Source of the DNA: an uncultured Verrucomicrobiae bacterium
GTDB taxonomy: Bacteria; Verrucomicrobiota; Verrucomicrobiia; Opitutales; JABDGR01
Direction: 5' to 3'
Assembly (NCBI GenBank): GCA_963765205.1
Contig: CAVXVB010000011.1
Span: 32,001 to 96,000 of the forward strand
Length of the DNA: 64,000 nt
In this document: positions 17,878-26,824 of the stretch, piece by piece
Layout of the letters: every line of letters starts with the position of its first letter
Numbering within the stretch: the stretch's first letter is position 1
Position numbers and translations under genes: made by a program
Notes under the pieces: generated by a model
Database searches by the model: none
Told to the model about the DNA's origin: nothing
What the model saw: only the letters and a program-made list of their open reading frames with translations

Positions 17878-20817
17878 CTACTCCCGGTAAGGTTTGTTTT
17901 GCTGGAAGAAGACGTAGTGGGTGCGCAGCACGGCGGCGGCTTGCACGGCATGAGCCTTTTCGGCCAGGGCGATCGCGTCTTCCTCGATATGGCAGGCTTG
18001 CGCGAAATCACCCGCCTCCGCATAGGCGCAGGCCAGCGTGTCCGAGATGTTCACATGCTGGCCCGCATCCAATTCGCGGGAATGCATGGCCAAAGTCACC
18101 GCTTCGGCGCCGTTGCGCACAGTGTCATCCGTCGAAGTGGCCAGCAGCCAGGCCAAGCGGTTCAGCACATAAACAGAATCGGGGTCAACCGCGAGTGCCT
18201 GGTGCAGCAACGCCACCGACTCGTGGATGTGCTTGGCCGCCTGGGCTGCGTCCGACAATTGCACGAGCATTTGCACGCGCGCGGCCGCCGGCAGCAGGGC
18301 GCTGGCGGCGGGGAACAGGGCGGGTCGCGCGCCCGCCAGCCCAGTTTGGCGCAGGAGCGAGAGAAAATTAAAGAGCGCATCGGGCCGCAGGGTGCGCAAG
18401 CCGGGCAGGGTGGCCTGGCGCACACAGGCCTCGATTTCCGTGCGTGTGAGGGCGTCGTCGTTCGCCATCGCAAACACGATGGCCAAATCCACCCGGTCGT
18501 CGAATTCCAGCGTATCCGCTTGCGGCAGCAGGTTGCGCAGGCGCTGGACGCGGGCGGCGAAGTCGTCCAATTGCTTGGTGATATTATCCAGGCGCGCGGC
18601 GGTGATTAGTGCGGGTAGGCAGGCCGGGTCGGCCTGCAGCGCGGTGTCCAATGCATGGCTGGCCTGGTCGGTGTTGTTGAGCTGCAGTTCCCATTGCGCG
18701 AGGCGGGTCAGGGCGACGGGCGCGCTTTGCCCGGGTGTGATTTCAAAAACCAGGACGGATAAGTTTTTGTATAAGTCGCCCCCAGTCGGCAACCGGTAAT
18801 AAATGGGCCGCAGCCAGTCGGGAAAAAAGCGCCCATGCACCAGTCGCCACACGAAGGAATCCTCCGGCACCGGCTGGTCTTTGCGCAAGTTGTGCGCCAG
18901 GCGCGCAAATTCATCGGGATTGTCCACCCAAGAAAGGACGATCAGGTAGTTGGCCTGGTGGGCTTGCAAAAGTTGGAAGGCCTGATCCGGCGTGCTCGCG
19001 CCGTAAATTTCTGCGTTAGTTTTCAGGCCGGCCAGATTCTCCCAATAATACGTGCCCAAGGCGTGAAATCCGCCCCAGTAGAGCAGCCAGGTGCTGCTGG
19101 TCGGGCCGCTGACGATCACCGTGGGCGCAGCGCCCCGCCGCGCGCGCAGCGTCTGGGCCAGGTCCCGCGTGATTAGCTCCAGCGCCTCGACTTCGGAGAC
19201 CGAACCCTTCCAGTCGTTCTGCGTCCAGTTATAAATAATATTGACGGGGCTGGGGAGCAGCGCCCAAACCAGAAACATGATCGCCCCGGCGATGCGGAAC
19301 GGGTTCCAGCGAAAACCCTGGTGCAGTCGCAAGACCGCGGCCACCGCCACCAGTGCGCCCAGCCACAAGGCATAGCTCGTTTCAATCCAACGCACCTGGC
19401 CGATGGTCTGGCCAAAGGTGATGAGCGCGGGCGTCAGCGCCAGCACCAAGAGCGCCCGCACCGGCCGCGGGAAGCCGCGCCGGCAGGACCAATACGCCAT
19501 CGGGAAAGCCAGCAGCACCAGCGGATTCGCCATGACGACCAATTCCACCACGCCGGCCAAACTTCTCAGATGCAGCATGCTGGCGAGGAAGGGGCCCAGC
19601 CCAAAAAACTCCTCGATGTAATCATTGTGCATCGTCCATAGAAAATGGTCCGCCACCGTGAAAACCTCGCTCGTATCGAGGAGGATGAACGCAGGCGCGA
19701 CGGCCACGGCGATGACGCCGCCGGCCAGCCAGGCCCAGTCGCGCGCATTGGCGGCCAGCCGTCCGCCCCCCCACCAGCGACCCAGCCGGAAAATAAGTTC
19801 CCCGCCGCCCGCCCACGCCAGTGCATAGAGCGGATGGTTCACTTCCAAGCGCAGTCCCAGGTGTGATGGAAAGTATTCCAAGAGGTAAAAAAACAAACTG
19901 GCCGCCGCGCCGCTCCAACCCCACACCCGCCACAGCGACGGGTCGGGCTGCGCCGCGTCTCGCGCCGTGACCCCGCGGGCCAGCAGTCCGGTCGCCAGCA
20001 GCGCGCCCAGGCCGATAAACGCCAGCGTCAGCGCGATGGAGGCCGCGCTCACCCACAGCCCCACGCCGCCGATGACGCCCGAGGCGATGAACCAGCGCCG
20101 GGCTTGCGGGCGATCCGGCAGCCAGACTTGCAAAAATGATTCATCCAACCCGTCCTCATTTTCCATGCGCACCCAGCCGCCCCCCCCGCCGAGCAGGAAC
20201 AAGACCGTCAGCAGCCCCGCCAGCGCGACCAAACCGTGGTGGTCCGTGCGCCCGACGGTGAAGGATTCATAAAACGGCCCCACACCCACCGTGCCAAACG
20301 CCAGCAACGCCGCGGGGCCCGAGCCCAGCCGCCGGGCCATCAGCGGCGTCAAGCCAGCAATCAACCCCACCACCAGCAGCACGCTGCCAATCGGCGCGAC
20401 TTGTTCGACCGCCAGCGGCAGCGGCGTCGCCGTGTAAAAGTGGTCCACCCAGGCCAGCGCCGCCAGCCACCACCGGATGAGCGAACTCCAATGCACCTCC
20501 CGGCCATCCGGCGCGTTGTCATAATCCACGCTGCGAATGCGCGCGCCTTCGCCCGCGAGCATGGCCTGCGTTTGCATCACCCAGTGGTAGGTGTCGATGC
20601 CCGGATAGGGCAGCACCAGTTCATGCTGGTTGTCCGCGTAACCGCTCGGCGAGGAGTCGTCCGTGGGCGGCGGGGCGACGGGGTGCCGCGCCACCAGGTC
20701 CCACGTGGTGCGCAAATGCGCCACCGTGTCCGTGGCAATAATCGCCACCATGGCGAGCAGCGCCAGCGCCCAGAGCCGGGGCGGATACAGCTTTTGCAGT
20801 GCCGGGATAAAATTCAT
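17878..20817 (-). CDS. STT3/AglB-like GT-C membrane glycosyltransferase with C-terminal TPR module (paralog 1)
   Basis: Multi-TM; GIDTYHW, GRTDHH, YIEE motifs in STT3-like order; soluble domain VSGPTSSTW...YLIV; TPR tail LAWLLAT..RNGAEAV..DTLACAYAEAG. Confidence 0.7.
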   Translation of the reverse strand: MNFIPALQKLYPPRLWALALLAMVAIIATDTVAHLRTTWDLVARHPVAPPPTDDSSPSGYADNQHELVLPYPGIDTYHWVMQTQAMLAGEGARIRSVDYDNAPDGREVHWSSLIRWWLAALAWVDHFYTATPLPLAVEQVAPIGSVLLVVGLIAGLTPLMARRLGSGPAALLAFGTVGVGPFYESFTVGRTDHHGLVALAGLLTVLFLLGGGGGWVRMENEDGLDESFLQVWLPDRPQARRWFIASGVIGGVGLWVSAASIALTLAFIGLGALLATGLLARGVTARDAAQPDPSLWRVWGWSGAAASLFFYLLEYFPSHLGLRLEVNHPLYALAWAGGGELIFRLGRWWGGGRLAANARDWAWLAGGVIAVAVAPAFILLDTSEVFTVADHFLWTMHNDYIEEFFGLGPFLASMLHLRSLAGVVELVVMANPLVLLAFPMAYWSCRRGFPRPVRALLVLALTPALITFGQTIGQVRWIETSYALWLGALVAVAAVLRLHQGFRWNPFRIAGAIMFLVWALLPSPVNIIYNWTQNDWKGSVSEVEALELITRDLAQTLRARRGAAPTVIVSGPTSSTWLLYWGGFHALGTYYWENLAGLKTNAEIYGASTPDQAFQLLQAHQANYLIVLSWVDNPDEFARLAHNLRKDQPVPEDSFVWRLVHGRFFPDWLRPIYYRLPTGGDLYKNLSVLVFEITPGQSAPVALTRLAQWELQLNNTDQASHALDTALQADPACLPALITAARLDNITKQLDDFAARVQRLRNLLPQADTLEFDDRVDLAIVFAMANDDALTRTEIEACVRQATLPGLRTLRPDALFNFLSLLRQTGLAGARPALFPAASALLPAAARVQMLVQLSDAAQAAKHIHESVALLHQALAVDPDSVYVLNRLAWLLATSTDDTVRNGAEAVTLAMHSRELDAGQHVNISDTLACAYAEAGDFAQACHIEEDAIALAEKAHAVQAAAVLRTHYVFFQQNKPYRE

Positions 20818-20830
20818 GCGGAACCCACTG

Positions 20831-23800
20831 CTATTCGTGGTAAGGCTGTTTATTTTGGAAGGCCAGCAGGCGCGCGCGATAGGCGGTGGAGAGGTTGCCG
20901 TCATGGGCCGCTTCGGCGGCGGTCAGGGCCAGTTGCTCGACGGTTGTCGCCAGCGCGAATTGGCCCGCTTCGGCATAGGCGCAGCCGAGCACATCCAGCA
21001 CGTCCGCATGCGCGCCCCGGTCGAGTTCGTGGGCCTGCATGGCCAGCACAACGGCTTCGTGGCCATTGCGCAAGGCATCATCGTGCGCGGTGGCCAGAAA
21101 GCGGGCGAGTTCCACCAGGGCGGGCAGGGAACCCGGCGAGCGGTTATGGGCGCGCCGCAGCAAGGAGAGCGCCTCGGTCAGTTGCCCCGTCTTCTCGTCA
21201 CCCTTGGCCGCTTCGATCATCAATTGCACCCGTTGGAAGTCCGGCAGCAAAGTGTCAATGAACGCGGCCAGCCCGGGCCGGGCATTCAGCAGGCCAATCT
21301 GCCGCAGGAACGAGGATAGGTTGTATAATTGTTCCGACGACAGGCGGCGCAGGTCGCGCGTCGAGGCAGTGTTCATCAAGATCGTGATTTGGGCCTGGGC
21401 ATCCGGCATGTCGTTGGCCAGGACCAGGGCAATCGCCAGTTCCATCCGGTCATCATAGTCCAGTGTGTCCGCCTGGGCCAGGTTGTTGCGGATGGCCTGC
21501 ATGACCGAGGCGAAGGCCTGGTCGTTGTGGGCGATATTGAGCACGCGCGCGGCATAGATCAACGCGGGCAGGTAATTCGGGTCGCTTTGCAGCGCGGCGT
21601 TCACGTCGCCCAGTGCGGCGTTCAGTTGGTTGCCGTCCATCGCCGCCTGCGCCAGCCGCGCAGCCAACTCCTTCGGCGTCTGCTCGGGCACCACCTCGAA
21701 GATCCTCACATATTGGCCGCGCAGGCCGGGGTCGGGTGGCATTTGGTAGTAAACGGGCCGCAGCCAGGTCGGAACCTTGCCGCCTTCGATCAGGCTGTAG
21801 ACGAAAGCATTTTGAATTTTCGGAATTTCCGCCGCCACTTCATCCGGATGCTGGACCGCCATCGGCAGCCAGGTGCCCAGCCAGCCGCGCAGCGGCTCTT
21901 CCGCCTGGTATTCCAAATCGCTGATGGGCCGGTGCATGTTCTGGGCCAGGCGCGCATATTCCTTGTAAAAGGGATCCCAGGAATAAATCACAATATGGGT
22001 TACGCCATATTTTCTGACCAAGTCGTGGGCCTGTTCCGGGGTCGTGGCGCTGTAGATGGCCATATCCGCTTTCAGCCCGGCCAGGTTTTCCCAATACAGC
22101 GTGCCCAAGCCTTTGAAGCCGCCCCAGTAGGTCATCCACGTCGTCGTGGTTGGTCCGCTGACGACCACGCCCGTGGTGTTGCCCAGCCGCGCGCGCAACT
22201 GCTGGGACACGTCCCGCGTCACGACCTCCATCACTTCCACGTCGGACATCGGCACGGTGCCGTGCCAGCGCTGCCAGTCGAGAAACGTCAGCACCGGGCC
22301 GGGCAGGATGACACTGGCCAGGAACACTCCCAGGGCCGTCGTGCGCGCCGCCGTCCAGCGATACCCGGCATGCAGCCGCAACGCCAGGATGACGCCCACC
22401 ACGGCGGCCAGCCAAAAAGCATAGCCGATCTCCATCCAGCGCATTTCCCGCAGGGACAGAAAAACCGTCAGCAGGCCGCCCGGCAGCGGCAGCGCCAGCA
22501 ACGCCCGGCAGGGCCGGGGGAATTCTGGCCAGGGCTCCCACAGGCCCAGCCACCCCACCACGATCGCCAGCGGCACCGCAAAACATGGCCAGAAGTAGTA
22601 ATCGGCGGGAAACGCGGTTTGGTTGAGGATGTAACTATGAAAGTAATAAAGAAAAAGGTCGAACGCCAGCAGCCCAGCCAGCAGCAAGCCAAACAGCACC
22701 TGGCGCAAACGCCCCCACAGCCACGCCAGCATCGGCACCGCCAGCAACACGAGCGGATTGAGCACCGAAATGGAATACCGCGCGCTGCCCCCCGCATACA
22801 TCGCATCCACATAGCGCCGCATGTCTTTGAATTCTGCGATGTAATCTTCGTGAAAAATAAACAGAAACCGGCTGTTGTCCGTCCACGAGGCAATCCAAAA
22901 TACCTGGTCGGCGAAGAGATAAATTATCACCGGCACGAGGGCGACGGCGCACGCGCCCCCCGCCAGCCACGCCCAATCCCGCGGGCTTTCCGCCAGCTGG
23001 CCCCCGCCCCACCACCGGCACACCCGGTAAATGATTTCCCCGCCCCCCGCCCAGGCGAAGGCATAGAGTGGATGGTTTACTTCCAGACGCATCCCGAGGT
23101 GCGATGGGAAATATTCCAGCAGGTAAAAGAAAATGCTGGTGGCCGCGCCGCTCCAGCCCCACACCCGCCACAGCGACGGGTCGGGCTTGGCCCAGCTTCG
23201 GGCGGACACCCCGCGCGCGAACAGCCCCGTTGCCAGCAGCGCCCCCAGCCCGACCTCCGCCAGCACGGGTGCTTCCGACGCCGTGCTCACCCACAACCCC
23301 ACTCCGCCCGCAATGCCTGAAGCGATGAACCAATGCTTTGCCTGGGTGCGGTTGGGCAGCCAGGCCAACATGCGCGGGCCGGCCGCCGCCTCGCCCGGTT
23401 CCGCGGGCGACAGGCGGGGTGTCTTTAATAGCAGTAGCAACGCCAGCAGCACGTTGGCGAGCAGCAAAATAATTAATCCAGCGGTCAATTCCGGCATGAG
23501 TAAGGTAGTGGCCGCCGGGGACAACAACCGGACCAAGCCAGGCGAAAGTAAAATCAAGCAAAGATACAAAAATATTGCGCCGCCGCCGATGGCCGAGCAG
23601 ATGAAGAACACTTGCGCCACCTCGCGGTGCGGCACTGGCAGCCACGCAAAGGGCGCCGGGCTGGGCGGAGCGGCGATCTTGTTCTTGGCCAGCATGGGCG
23701 CGGCGGGTGCCAGGCCCTCCGGCGGCGGCTCGGTCTCCGCCGCCCCGCGGGTTCCCGCCCGGACCCACAGAAACAGCGCCAGGGCGATGTTCAATAACGC

Positions 23801-24613
23801 AATGGTGAGCAGGTCGGCGGCCAGCGCGGGCGAGCTTCCTTTCGCGATGCACCACAATCCCCAGCCATAGAGCAGCCCGGCGAGGATGACCCCGATCAGG
23901 CACTGCCGGCGCGTCGGCATCCAGGCCCGCAGCGGCGACCGGGCCGCGGCGCGGTCGTCCGTCCGCACCCACCCCGCCGCGCCGCCAATCAGGAACAACA
24001 GCGTCAGCAGGGCACTCAGCGAAGCCAGGCCATGGTGGTCGCTTTTCCCTTCGGAAAACGATTCATAGACCGGCCCGATCGCCACCATGCCAAAGAGGAC
24101 CAGCGCGGTCAGGCACGACCCAAAGCGCTGCGCCAGCGTCGGCGCGATCAAAATCACCAGGAACACAATCAGCAGGGTATTCGCAAACGGCATCACGTCC
24201 TCCACCGTGTAAGGCAGTGCGATGCTCCCAAACTTGTGCTCCGTCCACGCCAGCAACGCCACCCACCAGCGGAACGACGAGCTCCAATGCACCTCGCGGC
24301 CCGACGGCTGCTGCGCCTGGTAGTTGTCGTAGTCCACCCAGCGCACCCGGGCTTCGCCCTTGGCCAGCATGTCTTGGGTCTGCATCACCCAGTGGTAGCC
24401 ATCCATGCCCACGTAAGGCAGAATCTCGTCGCGCTGGCCCAGCTCATAACCTGTTGGCGAACTTTCGTCCGCCACCGGGGGTAGGTAAATGTGCTGGGTG
24501 CTGACGGAGTAGGTCGTGCGCAAGTGAATGACCGTGTCCACCACCACAAACACGACCATTGCACTGAGCGCCATCACCCACAGCCGCCGGCAAAAATATT
24601 GCCAAGCATCCAT
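20831..24613 (-). CDS. STT3/AglB-like GT-C membrane glycosyltransferase with C-terminal TPR module (paralog 2)
   Basis: GMDGYHW, GKSDHH, YIAE, VSGPTTTTW, YWENLAGLK; colinear with paralog 1 (both GREVHWSS and FYLLEYFPSHLG.RLEVNHPLYA). Confidence 0.7.
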   Translation of the reverse strand: MDAWQYFCRRLWVMALSAMVVFVVVDTVIHLRTTYSVSTQHIYLPPVADESSPTGYELGQRDEILPYVGMDGYHWVMQTQDMLAKGEARVRWVDYDNYQAQQPSGREVHWSSSFRWWVALLAWTEHKFGSIALPYTVEDVMPFANTLLIVFLVILIAPTLAQRFGSCLTALVLFGMVAIGPVYESFSEGKSDHHGLASLSALLTLLFLIGGAAGWVRTDDRAAARSPLRAWMPTRRQCLIGVILAGLLYGWGLWCIAKGSSPALAADLLTIALLNIALALFLWVRAGTRGAAETEPPPEGLAPAAPMLAKNKIAAPPSPAPFAWLPVPHREVAQVFFICSAIGGGAIFLYLCLILLSPGLVRLLSPAATTLLMPELTAGLIILLLANVLLALLLLLKTPRLSPAEPGEAAAGPRMLAWLPNRTQAKHWFIASGIAGGVGLWVSTASEAPVLAEVGLGALLATGLFARGVSARSWAKPDPSLWRVWGWSGAATSIFFYLLEYFPSHLGMRLEVNHPLYAFAWAGGGEIIYRVCRWWGGGQLAESPRDWAWLAGGACAVALVPVIIYLFADQVFWIASWTDNSRFLFIFHEDYIAEFKDMRRYVDAMYAGGSARYSISVLNPLVLLAVPMLAWLWGRLRQVLFGLLLAGLLAFDLFLYYFHSYILNQTAFPADYYFWPCFAVPLAIVVGWLGLWEPWPEFPRPCRALLALPLPGGLLTVFLSLREMRWMEIGYAFWLAAVVGVILALRLHAGYRWTAARTTALGVFLASVILPGPVLTFLDWQRWHGTVPMSDVEVMEVVTRDVSQQLRARLGNTTGVVVSGPTTTTWMTYWGGFKGLGTLYWENLAGLKADMAIYSATTPEQAHDLVRKYGVTHIVIYSWDPFYKEYARLAQNMHRPISDLEYQAEEPLRGWLGTWLPMAVQHPDEVAAEIPKIQNAFVYSLIEGGKVPTWLRPVYYQMPPDPGLRGQYVRIFEVVPEQTPKELAARLAQAAMDGNQLNAALGDVNAALQSDPNYLPALIYAARVLNIAHNDQAFASVMQAIRNNLAQADTLDYDDRMELAIALVLANDMPDAQAQITILMNTASTRDLRRLSSEQLYNLSSFLRQIGLLNARPGLAAFIDTLLPDFQRVQLMIEAAKGDEKTGQLTEALSLLRRAHNRSPGSLPALVELARFLATAHDDALRNGHEAVVLAMQAHELDRGAHADVLDVLGCAYAEAGQFALATTVEQLALTAAEAAHDGNLSTAYRARLLAFQNKQPYHE

Positions 24614-24792
24614 AATAGCAGCAAGGTCTCAGCATTGACCACTTTCGGGCGCATGGCAATGACCAAGACGGAAAAATCAAAAAGTTGGGGATTTCGGGGT
24701 GAAAAGGGGAGGGGTAAAGGGAATTAATCTGACTGATGAATGACAAATGAAGAAACAAGGCAAGCCCGATACGGCCGCACCCCGCCATTTTC

Positions 24793-25713
24793 TCATTTAA
24801 GCAAGGCTGCCAGCGGCTTTTTGATTGCTTCGGCCCACACGGCGTAGCCCGCCGCGTTCGGATGCAGGTGATCCGCCGCCTGGAAGTAATCGAGATTGAT
24901 TTGCCCATCCGGGCCGAGAAACTTCGCCGTGATATCGAGGTAAAAAACATGCTGCCGGTCGTCCAGCTTGGCGATGCCTTTATTGACCTCCGGGATTTGT
25001 TGCATCGCCAGCAAGTCATCCCCGCGCGGGAAAATACCCAACAGCAAGATTTTCGCGGCGGGGAAATCCTTGCGCAATTCCGCCACCACCGCCGCGACGC
25101 CGGCGATGGCTTCCGCGTTGGTGCCGCGCCAGGGCGAATCCGGGGTGCGGCGCGTGGTTACCCCCAGGTTGTTCGTGCCGATCATCAGCACGACGACCTT
25201 CGGCGAGAAGCCCTGGCCCTCCCCGTTTTGCAGACGCCAGAGAACGTTCTGCGTGCGGTCCGCGCTGTAGGCGAAATCGGCGGCCTTGAGCGGGGCGAAA
25301 TTCGCGTCCCACACCGCCTGCCCCGTCGCCGTGCGCCCGTTATTCGACACGCCAATCCAAAAATCCGTGATGGAATCGCCGACAAACAACACCTCAATCC
25401 CGCCTTGTTGTGCCTGCTGCACCAACTTTTGATGCACGGTTTGGTAGTTTTGGCCATTTTGCGGAACCGGTATAATCGCCGGGTTCGGTCGCGGCCCCGG
25501 CGGCGCGGCCGTCGTCGTGGATTGCACAAACCCGCCCACGGTGGTGGCTGGCGGCGGCGCCACCAAGGTTTCCACCGGCATGGCGGAAACAACCGCCGGC
25601 GTCGGCGCGTCGGCGGGATGGCTTGCGGGGGCGAGGGTCGCGCAGCCGCTCAGGAAGATGGCCAAGCCAGCCACGCCGGCCAACCGCAAGAGAGAAAAAT
25701 CGAAGGGTTTCAT
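24793..25713 (-). CDS. SGNH/GDSL-type esterase lipoprotein (PAF-acetylhydrolase-like)
   Basis: Lipobox LSGC, FVGDSIT, MIGTNN, DHLHP. Confidence 0.88.
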   Translation of the reverse strand: MKPFDFSLLRLAGVAGLAIFLSGCATLAPASHPADAPTPAVVSAMPVETLVAPPPATTVGGFVQSTTTAAPPGPRPNPAIIPVPQNGQNYQTVHQKLVQQAQQGGIEVLFVGDSITDFWIGVSNNGRTATGQAVWDANFAPLKAADFAYSADRTQNVLWRLQNGEGQGFSPKVVVLMIGTNNLGVTTRRTPDSPWRGTNAEAIAGVAAVVAELRKDFPAAKILLLGIFPRGDDLLAMQQIPEVNKGIAKLDDRQHVFYLDITAKFLGPDGQINLDYFQAADHLHPNAAGYAVWAEAIKKPLAALLK

Positions 25714-25908
25714 ATTGGGGTGGGGTCTGCGGAATCAATGGCCCGCACGGGGAAAAGTCAACCCCCGTGGCGGGCCAGGCCTCTCATTCACAAAAACCCT
25801 GTTCCCTTTCGCGTTCGGAAGGTGTCTATTATAAACAAGGCCGCCAATTATACTTGGACAAACCCGGCCATTTCAGGCAAAATACCTTCCACTTAAACAG
25901 CCTTTTCC

Positions 25909-26814
25909 ATGAAAAAAACCCTTATTTTTATCGCCGGCTTCATCTTTGGCGTCGCTTTTTACGCTGGCAGCCAAAGTTTCTTCACCCATTCCGCGCCCGT
26001 TGACCAAACGGCCGACGCCGCCGCCATCAAAGCGGCCAAGGATGTGCTCGCCAATGAAAAGGCGCGCACCGCCGCCCTCGACAAGCGTGAGTTGGACTTG
26101 AAGCTCAAGGCCGCCAACCTGGATATCGCCCAAAGCGCCCCCAAGCCGGACGATGCCGCCGACACTGCCAACCCATCCCCCGCTGCCGGGATGTCCAAGA
26201 TGGTCAAGGCCGTCGTTCAGCAGCAAATGGAAATGAAAATGGCCGCGTTGAAATCCCGCCTCAAGCTCACCGACGACCAGGCCCAGGCCATCCAGGACCT
26301 GATGGACAAGCAAAGCCAGGTCGCCCAGGACATGGCCGACAAAATGATGTCCGGTAAAATGTCCCGCGACGAGATGCAAAAAGCCATGAAAAGCGGCGGC
26401 GGCATGTCCCCCGACGACATGAACCAGCAAATGCAGAGCATCCTCTCGCCCGACCAATATACGGCCTACCAAGCCATGCAGAACGACGACAAGAAAACCG
26501 CCGCCGAAACCCAGGCCAACGTCGAACTGTCCCAGATTCAGTCCTCGCTCCAACTCACGGACGACCAGAAGGACAAGGTCTTCACCGCTCTCTACGGCCA
26601 ATACGCCCAGCAAGCCGGCGTGGACGGCGCCAAACCGTCCGGTGACTCCACTGACATCGAGGGCCAGATGGAGGCCAAGAAAGCCGCCCTCCAATCCGTA
26701 CTCACCCCCGAGCAATTCGAAACTTACAGCAGCTTTGTGGACTCGCAGAAAAAAATGATCAACGCCCTGATGGGCCCGGCCAACGCCTCGGCCAGCGGCC
26801 AGCCGGGCAATTAG
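25909..26814 (+). CDS. Exported helical protein with repeated LTxxQ (Spy/CpxP-like) motifs
   Basis: N-terminal hydrophobic segment; LKLTDDQ..ILSPDQY and LQLTDDQ..VLTPEQF; Met-rich. Confidence 0.7.
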   Translation: MKKTLIFIAGFIFGVAFYAGSQSFFTHSAPVDQTADAAAIKAAKDVLANEKARTAALDKRELDLKLKAANLDIAQSAPKPDDAADTANPSPAAGMSKMVKAVVQQQMEMKMAALKSRLKLTDDQAQAIQDLMDKQSQVAQDMADKMMSGKMSRDEMQKAMKSGGGMSPDDMNQQMQSILSPDQYTAYQAMQNDDKKTAAETQANVELSQIQSSLQLTDDQKDKVFTALYGQYAQQAGVDGAKPSGDSTDIEGQMEAKKAALQSVLTPEQFETYSSFVDSQKKMINALMGPANASASGQPGN

Positions 26815-26824
26815 CCGCAGGCAA

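Noticed and set aside
21329..23320. 663-aa plus-strand ORF
   Set aside because: Antisense shadow of the STT3-like gene; no independent coding signal
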